A stretch of DNA of 64,000 bases from an uncultured Chloroflexia bacterium (GTDB taxonomy: Bacteria; Chloroflexota; Limnocylindria; Limnocylindrales; CSP1-4): assembly GCA_963833225.1 (NCBI GenBank), contig CAWHXD010000006.1, forward strand, positions 288,001-352,000, read 5' to 3'. Positions within the stretch are counted from its first letter, which is position 1, and each line of letters opens with the position of its first letter. Position numbers and translations under genes: made by a program. A model generated the notes under the pieces. It was not told the DNA's origin. It made no database searches and was given only the letters and a program-made list of their open reading frames with translations. Positions 10,574 through 20,312 of this stretch are shown here, piece after piece.

Positions 10574-11350
10574 GTGATGGCGATCGGCAATGGCCTCGTC
10601 GATGACGCTCCGGAGCACCGCCGGGCGTCACGCTCCGTGCGCGACCTGCCCGCCGCCGAGCGGCCCCGCGAGCGGCTCGCCCTGCGCGGGCCTGCGGGGC
10701 TCTCGGCGGCGGAGCTCATCGCGGTGGTCTGGGGCACTGGCAGCGCCGGACGGAGCGCCCTGGACCTCGCGGGGGAGGCGATCGCCCGTCACGCCGGTGT
10801 TGGGGCGCTGGCCCGGGCGACCGACGTGGAGCTGGCCGCGATCCCGGGCGTCGGCGTGGCCAAGGCCGCGCAGCTTGCCGCCGCCTTCGAGCTTGGCCGG
10901 CGGTCCGTGGCGGACTGGCCGGCCGGGAGCTGGACGATCCGGTCGCCGGGGGACGTGGCCGGCCGGATGCTGCTGGAGATGGGCCGCCTCGAGCGCGAGG
11001 AGCTGTGGGTGCTGGCGCTCAACGCCAAGAACGTGGTCCAGCGGGTGTCGCACGTGTACGCGGGCAACGTCAGCGCAAGCCTCGTCCGGGTCGGCGAGCT
11101 GTTCCGGGATGCGGTCAGGCTCGACGCGAGCGGGTTGATCCTGGTCCACAACCACCCGTCTGGCGACCCGACGCCCTCCCCGGACGACCTCCATCTCACG
11201 GCCGAGGCGATCGCCGCCGGGAGGCTGCTGGACGTGGATGTCCTGGACCACGTGGTGATCGGCCACGACATCTGGATCTCGCTCCGGGACCGCGGCGTGA
11301 CGTTCGATCGGCCGGGAAGCGGCCGGCGCGGAAGCGATCGGGCGGCGTGA
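10574..11350 (+). CDS. radC: RadC family JAB/MPN protein
   Basis: ERPRERL, HhH motif IPGVGVAKA, LILVHNHPSGDPTPSPDD, VLDHVVIG. Confidence 0.95.
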   Translation: MMAIGNGLVDDAPEHRRASRSVRDLPAAERPRERLALRGPAGLSAAELIAVVWGTGSAGRSALDLAGEAIARHAGVGALARATDVELAAIPGVGVAKAAQLAAAFELGRRSVADWPAGSWTIRSPGDVAGRMLLEMGRLEREELWVLALNAKNVVQRVSHVYAGNVSASLVRVGELFRDAVRLDASGLILVHNHPSGDPTPSPDDLHLTAEAIAAGRLLDVDVLDHVVIGHDIWISLRDRGVTFDRPGSGRRGSDRAA

Positions 11351-11463
11351 GCCCCGTGCCACCCACATCGCCCGGGGGCCCCTGGCGGGGTTGCGGCGGA
11401 ACCACGCACCAACGCGGACGACCGACCATCATCCTGGTCACAGCGTGCGTCGTGGAGGACTGG

Positions 11464-12054
11464 ATGGATCGACTGCTCGATCGCGGCGACTCGGTGCTGG
11501 TGGTGATCGACGCCCAGCCCGGGTTCTTCCAGGCGTCCTCCACCCGGGCCGACATCGACAGCGAGGCGATCGTCGCCCGGATCGCGTGGCTCGCCGGCGT
11601 CGCGGCCGCGCTCGGGATCCCTGTCGTCATCACCGAGGAGGACCCGGACCATAACGGGCCGACGGCTGCCGACGTGCTGGAGCGGATCCCGCGGGACACG
11701 CCGGCCCCGTTTCGCAAGTCGGTCTTCGGGTTGGCCGATGCGCCGGAGATCCTGCGCGCCATCGAGGTCACCGGTCGGCGCACGGTGGTCCTGGTGGGCT
11801 TCGAGACTGACGTGTGCGTGACGCAGTCCGCGCTCGGGCTGCTCGATCGTGGGTTCCGGGTCGCGGTCGTGGTCGATGCCACGGGCTCGCCGGGGAAGAT
11901 GCATCGCCATGGCCTGCGCCGGATGCGGGATACGGGCGTCACCCTGGCGCACGCGAAGGGCATCTACTACGAGTGGGTCCGTACGCTCGCCGCGGCGCGG
12001 GCGTTCGAGGACCAGCACCCGCAGCTGGCCGACCCGCCGGGGTTCTCCCTGTAG
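11464..12054 (+). CDS. Isochorismatase-like cysteine hydrolase
   Basis: LVVIDAQ...RKSVFG...VGFETDVCVTQSA (D-K-C triad pattern). Confidence 0.88.
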   Translation: MDRLLDRGDSVLVVIDAQPGFFQASSTRADIDSEAIVARIAWLAGVAAALGIPVVITEEDPDHNGPTAADVLERIPRDTPAPFRKSVFGLADAPEILRAIEVTGRRTVVLVGFETDVCVTQSALGLLDRGFRVAVVVDATGSPGKMHRHGLRRMRDTGVTLAHAKGIYYEWVRTLAAARAFEDQHPQLADPPGFSL

Positions 12055-12150
12055 GCGGCCGCGTGGGTGCGCCCAGCGCACGACCGGACCCGACCACGCG
12101 GCAGGTGACCGATACTCGGCTCCTTCGCGGCACTCGTACAGGGGACGGTC

Positions 12151-13317
12151 ATGAGCGACACCGCCGACGTCATCATCATCGGCGCGGGCGTTCAGGGTGC
12201 CAGCCTCGCGTTCCACCTCGCATCGCGCGGCGCGCGGATTGTGGTGCTCGAGCGGACGACGGTGGCCGCCGGCGCCACCGGCCGGTCGAGTGGCCTGGTC
12301 CGGATCTACTACGACCTGCTCGCGGAGGCGAGGCTGGCGTGGGAGAGCTATGGCTGGTTTGCCGACTGGGATGCGCGGGTCGGCGGCGAGTGCGGGTTCA
12401 CGCGGACCGGCTTCGTGTGGATCGAGCCCGCGACGCGGGCGGAGCGGGTGCGTGCCAACTCGGCCTCGCACCGGGCGATGGGTGTTGATTCGTCGGTCCT
12501 CGACGCCGACGCGATCCGCAGTCTGTTCCCGGGGCTCGAGATCGGCGACGAGGTCGCAGCGTATGAACCCGGCTCCGGGTACGCGGACCCGTTCATGACG
12601 GCGGCCGGGTTCCTCGCCGCGGCGAAGCAGCGCGGTGCCCGGCTCGTCCCGGGAGCTGGGGTGACCGCGATCCGGACGGCGGGTGGACGGGTCGAAGGCG
12701 TCGACACTCGCCGGGGCAGCGTCGATGCGCCGGTCATCGTCAATGCCGCCGGGGGCTGGGCCGGCCGGGTGGCGGCGCTTGCCGGGCTGGACATTCCGAT
12801 CACCGTCTGGCGCCACGACACCGGATACCTGGGCGTGCCGGCCACGGTGACCCGGCCGATCCCGGTGATCATCGACCTCGCCAACTCGATGTACCTGCGG
12901 CCGGAGGGCGCGGACATGATCCTCGTTGGGCTCGAGGACGACAACCAGATGGGCGGTTCGCCGGACCGCGACACCGGCGACGCGAAGCCGGACTTCCGGG
13001 ACCGCGCGGCGGAGCGCGTGATCCAGCGGATCCCGGGGCTCATCGACGGCACGTTCCGTGCCACGCACAGCGGACAGGACGGCCTGACGCCCGACCAGCG
13101 CCCAATGCTCGGGGCGATGGGGCCCGACGGATTCTTCCTGGATTGCGGGCATAGCGGGATGGGGTTCAAGACGGCGCCGGCGATCGGTCTCGCGATGGCC
13201 GAGCTGATCCTCGACGGCGCACCCGCGAGCGTGGACATTGCGCCATTCGCGCCGAGCCGGTTTGCCGAAGGCCGGCACCTCGTGGGCGAGCACGGCGAAG
13301 AGAAGATCTGGCGCTAG
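12151..13317 (+). CDS. FAD-dependent oxidoreductase (DAO / sarcosine oxidase beta-like)
   Basis: IIIGAGVQG, GATGRSSG, VNAAGGW, TPDQRP, GHSGMGFKTAPAIG. Confidence 0.9.
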   Translation: MSDTADVIIIGAGVQGASLAFHLASRGARIVVLERTTVAAGATGRSSGLVRIYYDLLAEARLAWESYGWFADWDARVGGECGFTRTGFVWIEPATRAERVRANSASHRAMGVDSSVLDADAIRSLFPGLEIGDEVAAYEPGSGYADPFMTAAGFLAAAKQRGARLVPGAGVTAIRTAGGRVEGVDTRRGSVDAPVIVNAAGGWAGRVAALAGLDIPITVWRHDTGYLGVPATVTRPIPVIIDLANSMYLRPEGADMILVGLEDDNQMGGSPDRDTGDAKPDFRDRAAERVIQRIPGLIDGTFRATHSGQDGLTPDQRPMLGAMGPDGFFLDCGHSGMGFKTAPAIGLAMAELILDGAPASVDIAPFAPSRFAEGRHLVGEHGEEKIWR

Positions 13318-13446
13318 GGCGATCCCGGCAGCGACGGCGGCGCTCGCCCTGGCTGCGATGGTCCCCGGGTTCGGGCGGGCCGCGACGCCAGCTCAGGATC
13401 GAGCTCCGGGTCTGGTCTCGGATGCGGAGCCCGGGACGGGTGCCGC

Positions 13447-13452
13447 TATACT
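13447..13452 (+). promoter_or_regulatory. -10 element (TATACT) upstream of mreB
   Basis: Near-consensus hexamer in a GC-rich intergenic region. Confidence 0.5.
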
Positions 13453-13574
13453 GCTCGCGCCCGCCCGCAGACCGTCGCGCGCGGCCCATCGACCCGCTCT
13501 CCCCGCGGCTATCGCCGCTCTCCCGCCGGGCCTCCGCCGGTCCGCCCAGTCAGCAAGGAAACGGCTCCCTCCTC

Positions 13575-14633
13575 ATGTTCGACCGACTCCTCGGCCTCTT
13601 CTCCCGCGACATCGGGATCGACCTCGGCACGGCGAACACCCTCGTCCACGTGCGCGACCGGGGAATCGTGATCTCCGAGCCGTCGGTCGTCGCCATCGAT
13701 GCCAGGACCAAGCGCGTCCTGGCGATCGGCGCCGAGGCCAAGCGGATGGTGGGCCGGACGCCGGCCTCGATCATCGCGGTCCGACCCCTGCGTGACGGCG
13801 TGATCAGCGACTTTGACGTCACCGAGCAGATGATCAAGTACTTCGTGAACAAGGTGCACGACCGGGTGGGCCTGATCCCGCGGCCCCGGATGCTGTTGGG
13901 CATCCCGTCAGGCGTCACCGAGGTCGAGAAGCGCGCTGTTCGCGATGCGGCCCTCAACGCGGGCGCTCGCTGGGCCCGGCTGATCGAGGAACCCATGGCG
14001 GCGGCGATCGGCGCCGGGTTGCCGGTGAGCGAGCCGTCGGGGTCGCTGATCGTGGACATCGGCGGCGGGACGACGGAGGTGGCCGTCCTGTCGCTGGGCG
14101 GGATCGTGGTCAGCCGGTCGATCAGGATCGGTGGCGACGAGATGGACGTCGATATCGTCAACTACGCGCGGCGTGAGTACAACCTGTTCCTGGGCGAGCG
14201 CACGGCCGAGGACATCAAGATCGCGATCGGGTCCGCCTATCCCGGTGAGTGGGACAGCCAGCGCGTGACCCTTCGCGGTCGGGACCTGCTCACCGGCCTG
14301 CCCCGCTCGGTGGAGGTGGGCGCGGACCAGATCCGCGAGGCGATCGAGGTGTCCGTGAGCCAGATCGTGGACACCATCAAGGACACGATCGAGGAGACGC
14401 CGCCCGAGCTCGTGGCCGACATCATGGACCAGGGCGTGGTGCTCGCCGGCGGCGGGGCGCTGCTTGCGGGGCTGGACCGGCGCGTGGCAGAGGCCACCCA
14501 GATGCCGGTCCACGTCGCCGACGACCCGCTGACGTGCGTGGCCCGCGGCACCGGCGTCGTGCTCCAGCAGCTCACCAACACCAACATGGAGCGTGTGCTC
14601 GTCGCGGACACCTACAGCCGCCCGCCGCGCTAG
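13575..14633 (+). CDS. mreB: Rod shape-determining protein MreB
   Basis: IGIDLGTANT, EPSVVA, EEPMAAAIGAGLP, VDIGGGTTEVA, LAGGGALL. Confidence 0.97.
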   Translation: MFDRLLGLFSRDIGIDLGTANTLVHVRDRGIVISEPSVVAIDARTKRVLAIGAEAKRMVGRTPASIIAVRPLRDGVISDFDVTEQMIKYFVNKVHDRVGLIPRPRMLLGIPSGVTEVEKRAVRDAALNAGARWARLIEEPMAAAIGAGLPVSEPSGSLIVDIGGGTTEVAVLSLGGIVVSRSIRIGGDEMDVDIVNYARREYNLFLGERTAEDIKIAIGSAYPGEWDSQRVTLRGRDLLTGLPRSVEVGADQIREAIEVSVSQIVDTIKDTIEETPPELVADIMDQGVVLAGGGALLAGLDRRVAEATQMPVHVADDPLTCVARGTGVVLQQLTNTNMERVLVADTYSRPPR

Positions 14634-14684
14634 GAGCAGCTTCCTGGGGTCCGGCCGCCGGAGCCCGGATGCGGAGCCCGAGCC

Positions 14685-15644
14685 ATGACCCCCAACGTCG
14701 CCAGCAAGCAGAACCGCCGCCGCGGCATCGTGTTCACGGTGCTGATCGCGATCACGCTGCTGCTCATGGCCTTCTCCGGGAACCCCTACCTCCGCGAGGC
14801 CCAGCGCGGCTTCCAGTTCGCGCTCACGCCGTTCCAGGAAGCGCTCGCCTCGTTCGCCGATGGCGTCGCGGGGGTCGCCACGGCGATCACCGAGATCGAT
14901 CAGCTCCGGACGGACAACACGGGCCTGCGCGAGGAGAACGAGCGGCTCGCGAACGAGAACGCCCGGCTCCGCGCCCTCAAGCAGGAGAACGACGCGCTCA
15001 CCGCGCTCCTCCAGCTCCAGGGCGGCTTCGACCACCAGACGGTGGCTGCCAGGGTGATCGGGCGCGAGACGCTCGACACGCGACGGGTCGTGACCCTGGA
15101 CAAGGGCACCGACGACGGGCTCGCGATGGGCGACGTGGTGGTCGTCCAGGGCAGCGCGCTGGCCGGCAAGATCACCGACATCGGGCCGACGTTCGCCAAG
15201 GTCACGCTGATCAGCGATTCGACCTCGACCGTCGTGGGCAAGCTGCTCAACTCGGGCGAGACCGGCGACATCGTGGGGCAGGCGGGCGGCGTCCTGATCA
15301 TGCGCAACGTCGACTCCGGGGTCGAGGTCGGGATCGACGAGGAGGTGTTCACCGCGGGCCTGGAGCTTGCGGGTGGCATCCGGTCGCCGTATCCGCCGGG
15401 ACTCATCATCGGCTCCGTGGTGGACGTGGAGCGCGACGTCAACGACGTCGTCCAGACGGCCTTCCTGGCTCCAGCCGCCAATCTCGACTCGTTCGAGCTG
15501 GCGCTGGTCATCACCGACTACGAGGGCGGACTGCCGCCGATCGACGAGCAGGCTGTCCCGTGCGGCGAAGGGGGCACCGTGCCCGATGGCGAGGTTCCCT
15601 GCTACACGCCGCTGCCGACGCCCAAGGCGACCCCGAAGCCCTGA
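14685..15644 (+). CDS. mreC: Rod shape-determining protein MreC
   Basis: N-terminal TM, coiled coil (LREENERL), ARVIGR, LDKGTDDG, YPPGLIIG; follows mreB. Confidence 0.92.
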   Translation: MTPNVASKQNRRRGIVFTVLIAITLLLMAFSGNPYLREAQRGFQFALTPFQEALASFADGVAGVATAITEIDQLRTDNTGLREENERLANENARLRALKQENDALTALLQLQGGFDHQTVAARVIGRETLDTRRVVTLDKGTDDGLAMGDVVVVQGSALAGKITDIGPTFAKVTLISDSTSTVVGKLLNSGETGDIVGQAGGVLIMRNVDSGVEVGIDEEVFTAGLELAGGIRSPYPPGLIIGSVVDVERDVNDVVQTAFLAPAANLDSFELALVITDYEGGLPPIDEQAVPCGEGGTVPDGEVPCYTPLPTPKATPKP

Positions 15645-15662
15645 CCGGCACGCCGGCGAGCG

Positions 15663-16238
15663 TTGAGCGTGGACCCGGTCGTTGCGCTGGTCGGCCTGTA
15701 CCGGGTCGCCGGGTCGCTGCTGGTCCTGCGCTGGCCGTTCTGGGGCGGGGTCGCGGCCGTCGTGTGCGACCTGTTCGACCTGCTGCTGTTCGATGTCGCC
15801 GTCCAATACGGCGGCTGGGCGGGCTTCACCGGCTACCAGGCGTTCGACAAGTGGGCGGACCAGGTCTATCTCGGGGCGTTCCTCGTGGTGGCGCTGCGGG
15901 TGTTCCCGCGCGGTCCCCGGCTGGTGGCGGCCGGGCTGTGGGCGTTCCGGCTCCTGGGGTTCGTCGCGTTCGAGGCTGGGCTGGCGCCGAGGGAGGCCCT
16001 GTTCCTGGTGCCGAACGTATTCGAGTTCTGGTTCCTCGCCGTCGCGTTCACGATGCGCTACCGGCCGGCGTTCGCGTGGACTCCCGCCCGCATGCTGCTC
16101 GTCCTGTCGATCCTCCTCGCCGCCAAGCTGGTGCAGGAGTGGGCGCTGCACGTGGGGCGGTTGTTTGACTCGATGACCTTTCTGGGTGCGATCGGCGCGA
16201 TCTGGGAGACGCTCACCCTGCCGTTCCGGGGTCGATGA
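15663..16238 (+). CDS. Membrane hypothetical protein at the position where mreD usually lies
   Basis: About 5 hydrophobic segments with CDLFD and FDKWADQ acidic motifs; not recognisably MreD. Confidence 0.65.
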   Translation: MSVDPVVALVGLYRVAGSLLVLRWPFWGGVAAVVCDLFDLLLFDVAVQYGGWAGFTGYQAFDKWADQVYLGAFLVVALRVFPRGPRLVAAGLWAFRLLGFVAFEAGLAPREALFLVPNVFEFWFLAVAFTMRYRPAFAWTPARMLLVLSILLAAKLVQEWALHVGRLFDSMTFLGAIGAIWETLTLPFRGR

Positions 16239-16244
16239 GCGGCG

Positions 16245-17225
16245 TCAGCGCGGGGCCGGGGCGCCGCCGTCCGTCGGCTCGTAGCCCCAGCGCGCGGCGA
16301 GGTCCTCGGCCAGGCGGAGGTAGTGGGCCTCGAACGCCACCCGCTCGTCCTCGGGCACGTCCGTCCGCCAGCGCCCGATGTGGGCGCCCCCGGCGGCCGC
16401 CTGCTGGTCGAAGAACGTGCGGATCGCGGGGTGGTCGTCCAGGCCGGCGAACGCGAGCAGGTCCGTGTACCGGGTCTCGCGGTCGGTCGCCAGCAGCGAT
16501 TCCATGCGCACCGTGTGGATCCGTTCGCAAGGGGCCGACGCGACGGCCGTGTACGCCCTGTCGAGCCGCATCGCCCACCAGTCGAGGGCCGTATCCAGGT
16601 CGTCCGGACCCCAGTCCAGCGGCGTCACCGAGCAGGCGACGTCGCGACCATCACGGATGCTGTGGATCAGTCGGGCGTCACCGAGGATGCCCAGCAGCTC
16701 AGGCGCCACGTTGACCACGCGAGGGGTCATCTCGACCCAGCCCCCCGCACCGGCGGCGATGGCGACCGGGTCGAGCAGGCGGTGGACGAACCGCTCGGCG
16801 GCGGCCACGCGGTCCGTCCGGAGGCCGGAGCTGAGCTCGCGCAGCGCTGCCCGGAGCGTCGGCCGGTCGATGATGGTCTTGAGCCCGATGTCTGCTCCGC
16901 GATCCCACCACCGCCCGAACAGTCGTTCCTCGAACTGCATCACCGTGGCCCGCCCGGCCACGACGTCGCACAGGCCGCCCGTGTCGGACAGGAACCAGCA
17001 TTCGAACGGGATCATGTGGTAGGCGGGGTGGGCGCCGAGGAGCTGGCCTGTGATCGTGGTGCCGCTGCGACCGGTCCCGCCCACCAGCAGCGGCGGCAGC
17101 GAGGTGGCTGGCCCCGTCCATGCGGGCAGCGAGGGCGGGCGGCCCGGCGGAAGCGCGAGGCGAAGCTCCCACAGGCGCCGCCGGAATCGTCGCCGACGGC
17201 GTGCCAGGCTCCTGGGCAGTCTCAC
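16245..17225 (-). CDS. Sulfotransferase family protein
   Basis: PAPS-binding GGTGRSGTT and IHSIRDGRDVACS; start uncertain (GTG 17225). Confidence 0.88.
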   Translation of the reverse strand: MRLPRSLARRRRRFRRRLWELRLALPPGRPPSLPAWTGPATSLPPLLVGGTGRSGTTITGQLLGAHPAYHMIPFECWFLSDTGGLCDVVAGRATVMQFEERLFGRWWDRGADIGLKTIIDRPTLRAALRELSSGLRTDRVAAAERFVHRLLDPVAIAAGAGGWVEMTPRVVNVAPELLGILGDARLIHSIRDGRDVACSVTPLDWGPDDLDTALDWWAMRLDRAYTAVASAPCERIHTVRMESLLATDRETRYTDLLAFAGLDDHPAIRTFFDQQAAAGGAHIGRWRTDVPEDERVAFEAHYLRLAEDLAARWGYEPTDGGAPAPR

Positions 17226-17350
17226 CGGATCAGGCTGGGGGGTGGGGTCATGAGAAGCGGCGGATCGCGCCGCGGGGCGCCGGGCTCGTTGCATCGGATC
17301 GGGATGGTAGCAGGCCGTCGACCGTGCGGCCCCCTGCTACGCTGTCGCCG

Positions 17351-18112
17351 ATGAAGGGGCTCGTCCTGGCCGGCGGTACCGCGACCCGGCTGTTCCCGCT
17401 CACGGCCGTGACCAACAAGCACCTGCTGCCGATCTACGACCGGCCGATGGTCTACTACCCGCTTCACACGCTGGCGAGCATGGGGATCCGGGAGGTCATG
17501 ATCATCGTCGGCGGCAAGAGCGTCGGCGACATCGTGGAGCTCCTGGGCGACGGCCGGCACTTCGGCCTGGAGCTCACCTATCGCTATCAGCGTGGCGCCC
17601 TGGGGATCGCCCATGCGATCGGCCTGGCGCGCGACTTCATCGGCGACGAGTCGTTCTGCGTGGTCCTTGGCGACAACATCCTGCGTGGCGACGCCCTCGC
17701 CGAGACCGCGCGGACGTTCGAGACGGGCGCGTATGGCGCGGGCACGCTGCTGTACCGGGTGCCGGACCCGGAGCGGTTCGGGGTCGCGGAGCTGGACGCG
17801 GAGGGCAGAGTCGTCGGCTTCGAGGAGAAGCCTGCCGAGCCGAAGAGCGACCTGATCCCGATCGGCGTGTACTTCCTCCGGCCCGATGCCTTCGACGTCA
17901 TCGCCTCGCTGGCGCCGTCCGAGCGCGGCGAGCTCGAGATCACCGACGTCCTCAATCACTACGTCCCCGGCGGCGGCCTGTTCGCGCCGGTCTACGAGGG
18001 CCACTGGGCAGACGCCGGCACGGTCCCCAGCCTACTGCGGGCGGCCGAGCTCGCCGAGGCGGACGACCACGCCGGTCGCCTCGCGCCACCGGTGGAGCGC
18101 CCACACGAATGA
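17351..18112 (+). CDS. rfbA: Glucose-1-phosphate thymidylyltransferase (short form)
   Basis: MKGLVLAGGTATRLFPLT, NKHLLPIYDRPM, FEEKP, SERGELEITD. Confidence 0.9.
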   Translation: MKGLVLAGGTATRLFPLTAVTNKHLLPIYDRPMVYYPLHTLASMGIREVMIIVGGKSVGDIVELLGDGRHFGLELTYRYQRGALGIAHAIGLARDFIGDESFCVVLGDNILRGDALAETARTFETGAYGAGTLLYRVPDPERFGVAELDAEGRVVGFEEKPAEPKSDLIPIGVYFLRPDAFDVIASLAPSERGELEITDVLNHYVPGGGLFAPVYEGHWADAGTVPSLLRAAELAEADDHAGRLAPPVERPHE

Positions 18113-19206
18113 CCGATCCGTCCGGACCCGCGACGCACCTGCTCGTCACGGGCGGCGCCGGGTTCATCGGCTCGGAGCTGGTCCGCCAGGTGATGGCGCG
18201 CCGGGACGGGACGCGCGTGACCGTTCTCGACGCCCTGACCTACGCCGGCAATCGCGCGAACCTGGCCACGGTCGAGGCCGACGAGGAGCAGGCGGGGCGG
18301 TTCGCCTTCGTCCACGGAGACATCGCGGACCCGGAGGTCGTGGGTTCGCTGGTCGAGCGCGCCGATGCCGTCATCAACGCCGCCGCCGAGACCCACGTCG
18401 ACCGCTCGATCCTCGACCCGGAGGCCTTCCTGCGCACGGGCGTGATCGGCGTCCACGTCCTGCTCGAGGCCGTGCGGCGCGAGACGGAACGAGCGCGAGC
18501 GGGGGGCCGCCCGGCGGTCCCGCGCTTCCTGCAGGTCAGCACGGACGAGGTCTATGGCGACGTCCCGGACGGCACGAGCGTCGAGTCGGACCCGCTGGCC
18601 CCGCGCAGCCCGTACGCGGCGGCCAAGGCCGCGGGTGAGCTGCTGGTCCGGGCCTATGGCGTCACCTACGACCTGGACACCGTCATCACCCGTGGCTCCA
18701 ACACGTATGGCCCGCATCAGCACCCCGAGAAGCTGGTCCCGCTGTTCACCACCAACGCCATGGCAGGCGAGCCGCTGCCGATGTACGGCGATGGGATGCA
18801 GGTCCGCGACTGGCTCCACGTGGCCGACCACGCGGCCGGGATCGCCTTCGTGCTGCAGCACGGCCGGTCAGGCGAGGCCTACAACGTCGTCGGCGGGCAC
18901 CTGCTGACCAACCGGGACGTGATCGGCGCCATCCTCGCGGCCACCGGCCGCGACTGGTCGCTGGTCCGGACCGTCCCGGATCGCCCCGGTCATGACCGTC
19001 GCTACGCCATGGACGGCGCCAAGCTCGCCGCGCTCGGCTGGCACCCAACGCGCACCTTCGAACAGGGGCTGCCGGAGACCGTCGCGTGGTATCGCGACCA
19101 CCGCTCGTGGGTGGAGAGCGCCCGCAGCGGTGACTGGGACGGCTACTACCGGCGCCAGTATGCGGGGCGTCTGGCCGCGGGTCGCACCGTGGACCGGACC
19201 TCCTGA
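18109..19206 (+). CDS. rfbB: dTDP-glucose 4,6-dehydratase
   Basis: TGGAGFIG, LTYAGN, AAETHVDRSI, VSTDEVYG, YAAAK, DRPGHDRRY. Confidence 0.95.
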   Translation: MTDPSGPATHLLVTGGAGFIGSELVRQVMARRDGTRVTVLDALTYAGNRANLATVEADEEQAGRFAFVHGDIADPEVVGSLVERADAVINAAAETHVDRSILDPEAFLRTGVIGVHVLLEAVRRETERARAGGRPAVPRFLQVSTDEVYGDVPDGTSVESDPLAPRSPYAAAKAAGELLVRAYGVTYDLDTVITRGSNTYGPHQHPEKLVPLFTTNAMAGEPLPMYGDGMQVRDWLHVADHAAGIAFVLQHGRSGEAYNVVGGHLLTNRDVIGAILAATGRDWSLVRTVPDRPGHDRRYAMDGAKLAALGWHPTRTFEQGLPETVAWYRDHRSWVESARSGDWDGYYRRQYAGRLAAGRTVDRTS

Positions 19207-19210
19207 AGAG

Positions 19211-20137
19211 ATGCGCGTCACCGTTACCGGCGCACGGGGCCGTCTCGGCCGGGCGCTGATCACCGCCCTCGAGGACGCGCCGTTCACCGGCCCATTCGGC
19301 CCGATCGCGTGGTCGCGGCCGGACCTGGATCTCGACACCCTCACCCCGGGCTCCGTGGCCGCGCTGATCGCCAGGGACCGGCCGGAGCTGGTCCTCCACA
19401 CCGCGGCCTGGACCGACGTCGACGGCTGCGCCGGTGACCCTGCGCTCGCCACCCGCCGCAACACGGTCGCCGCGGCCGTGATCGCCGAGGCGTGCGCCGA
19501 TCGTGGCGTCGCGTTCGCCCACGTCTCGACCAACGAGGTGTTCGACGGCACCCGGACCGACGGGCGTGGCTATCGTCCGGACGCCGAGCGCCACGCCGTC
19601 AATCCCTACGGCGCGAGCAAGCTGGCCGCCGAGCTCCGGATCGAGACGCTGGCCGCTTCACGCCCCGGGGTCGGGTTCGCGATCATCCGGACGGCCTGGC
19701 TCCACGGTCCGCCCGGCAACGACTTCCCGGCCAGGATCTGCGCGGCGGCGCTCCGCGCACGGGCGGCCGACGAGGCCCTGCGCGTGGTCTCGGACGAGAT
19801 CGGCACACCGACGTACGCCCCCGACGTGGCCGATGCCGTCGCGGAGCTGATCGCCGAGGACGCCCTCGTGGGCACGGGTCGCGCGCCGGCCGTCCACCAC
19901 CTGGTCAACGGCGGTCGCGCGTCGCGCGCCGACTGGGCCCGCGAGGTGCTGCGGGTGACGGGCCTGGAGGTCGAGGTGGTGAACGTGCCGGCGAGCACCT
20001 GGCGGCGCGCCTCCACGCCACCCGCATGGGCCGTCCTGGAGCCCACGGCCCTCCCGTCTGGGGAGCCGATGCGTGACTGGCGCGAGGCCGTTGCCCACGC
20101 CGCTCCAGCGCTCGTGCACGGCCTCCCCGGCGCCTGA
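19211..20137 (+). CDS. rfbD: dTDP-4-dehydrorhamnose reductase-like SDR
   Basis: TGARGRLG, AAWTDVDGC, VSTNEVFDG, NPYGASK, GTPTY. Confidence 0.88.
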   Translation: MRVTVTGARGRLGRALITALEDAPFTGPFGPIAWSRPDLDLDTLTPGSVAALIARDRPELVLHTAAWTDVDGCAGDPALATRRNTVAAAVIAEACADRGVAFAHVSTNEVFDGTRTDGRGYRPDAERHAVNPYGASKLAAELRIETLAASRPGVGFAIIRTAWLHGPPGNDFPARICAAALRARAADEALRVVSDEIGTPTYAPDVADAVAELIAEDALVGTGRAPAVHHLVNGGRASRADWAREVLRVTGLEVEVVNVPASTWRRASTPPAWAVLEPTALPSGEPMRDWREAVAHAAPALVHGLPGA

Positions 20138-20312
20138 CCCCACCGTTCCCGACCACACCCGTCCGGGCCGCACCCGGGCCGGGTCGAAAGGGCCACGCCG
20201 ACCCTGACCTTCCCCTGATAGCAGCCGGGTGCGCACGCGACGATGCTGGACCCAACGTCACCCAACGCTGGGCGAAGACCCGCCCGGCGGCCCTGGAGGA
20301 GCTCAAGGTCCC

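Noticed and set aside
10574-11350. radC as a mobile-element or anti-restriction marker
   Set aside because: Full-length form with HhH near mreBC is the ordinary chromosomal arrangement
13419-14680. 15-bp exact repeat CGGATGCGGAGCCCG upstream of mreB and mreC
   Set aside because: Only two GC-rich copies; chance matches of this length are plausible in 64 kb
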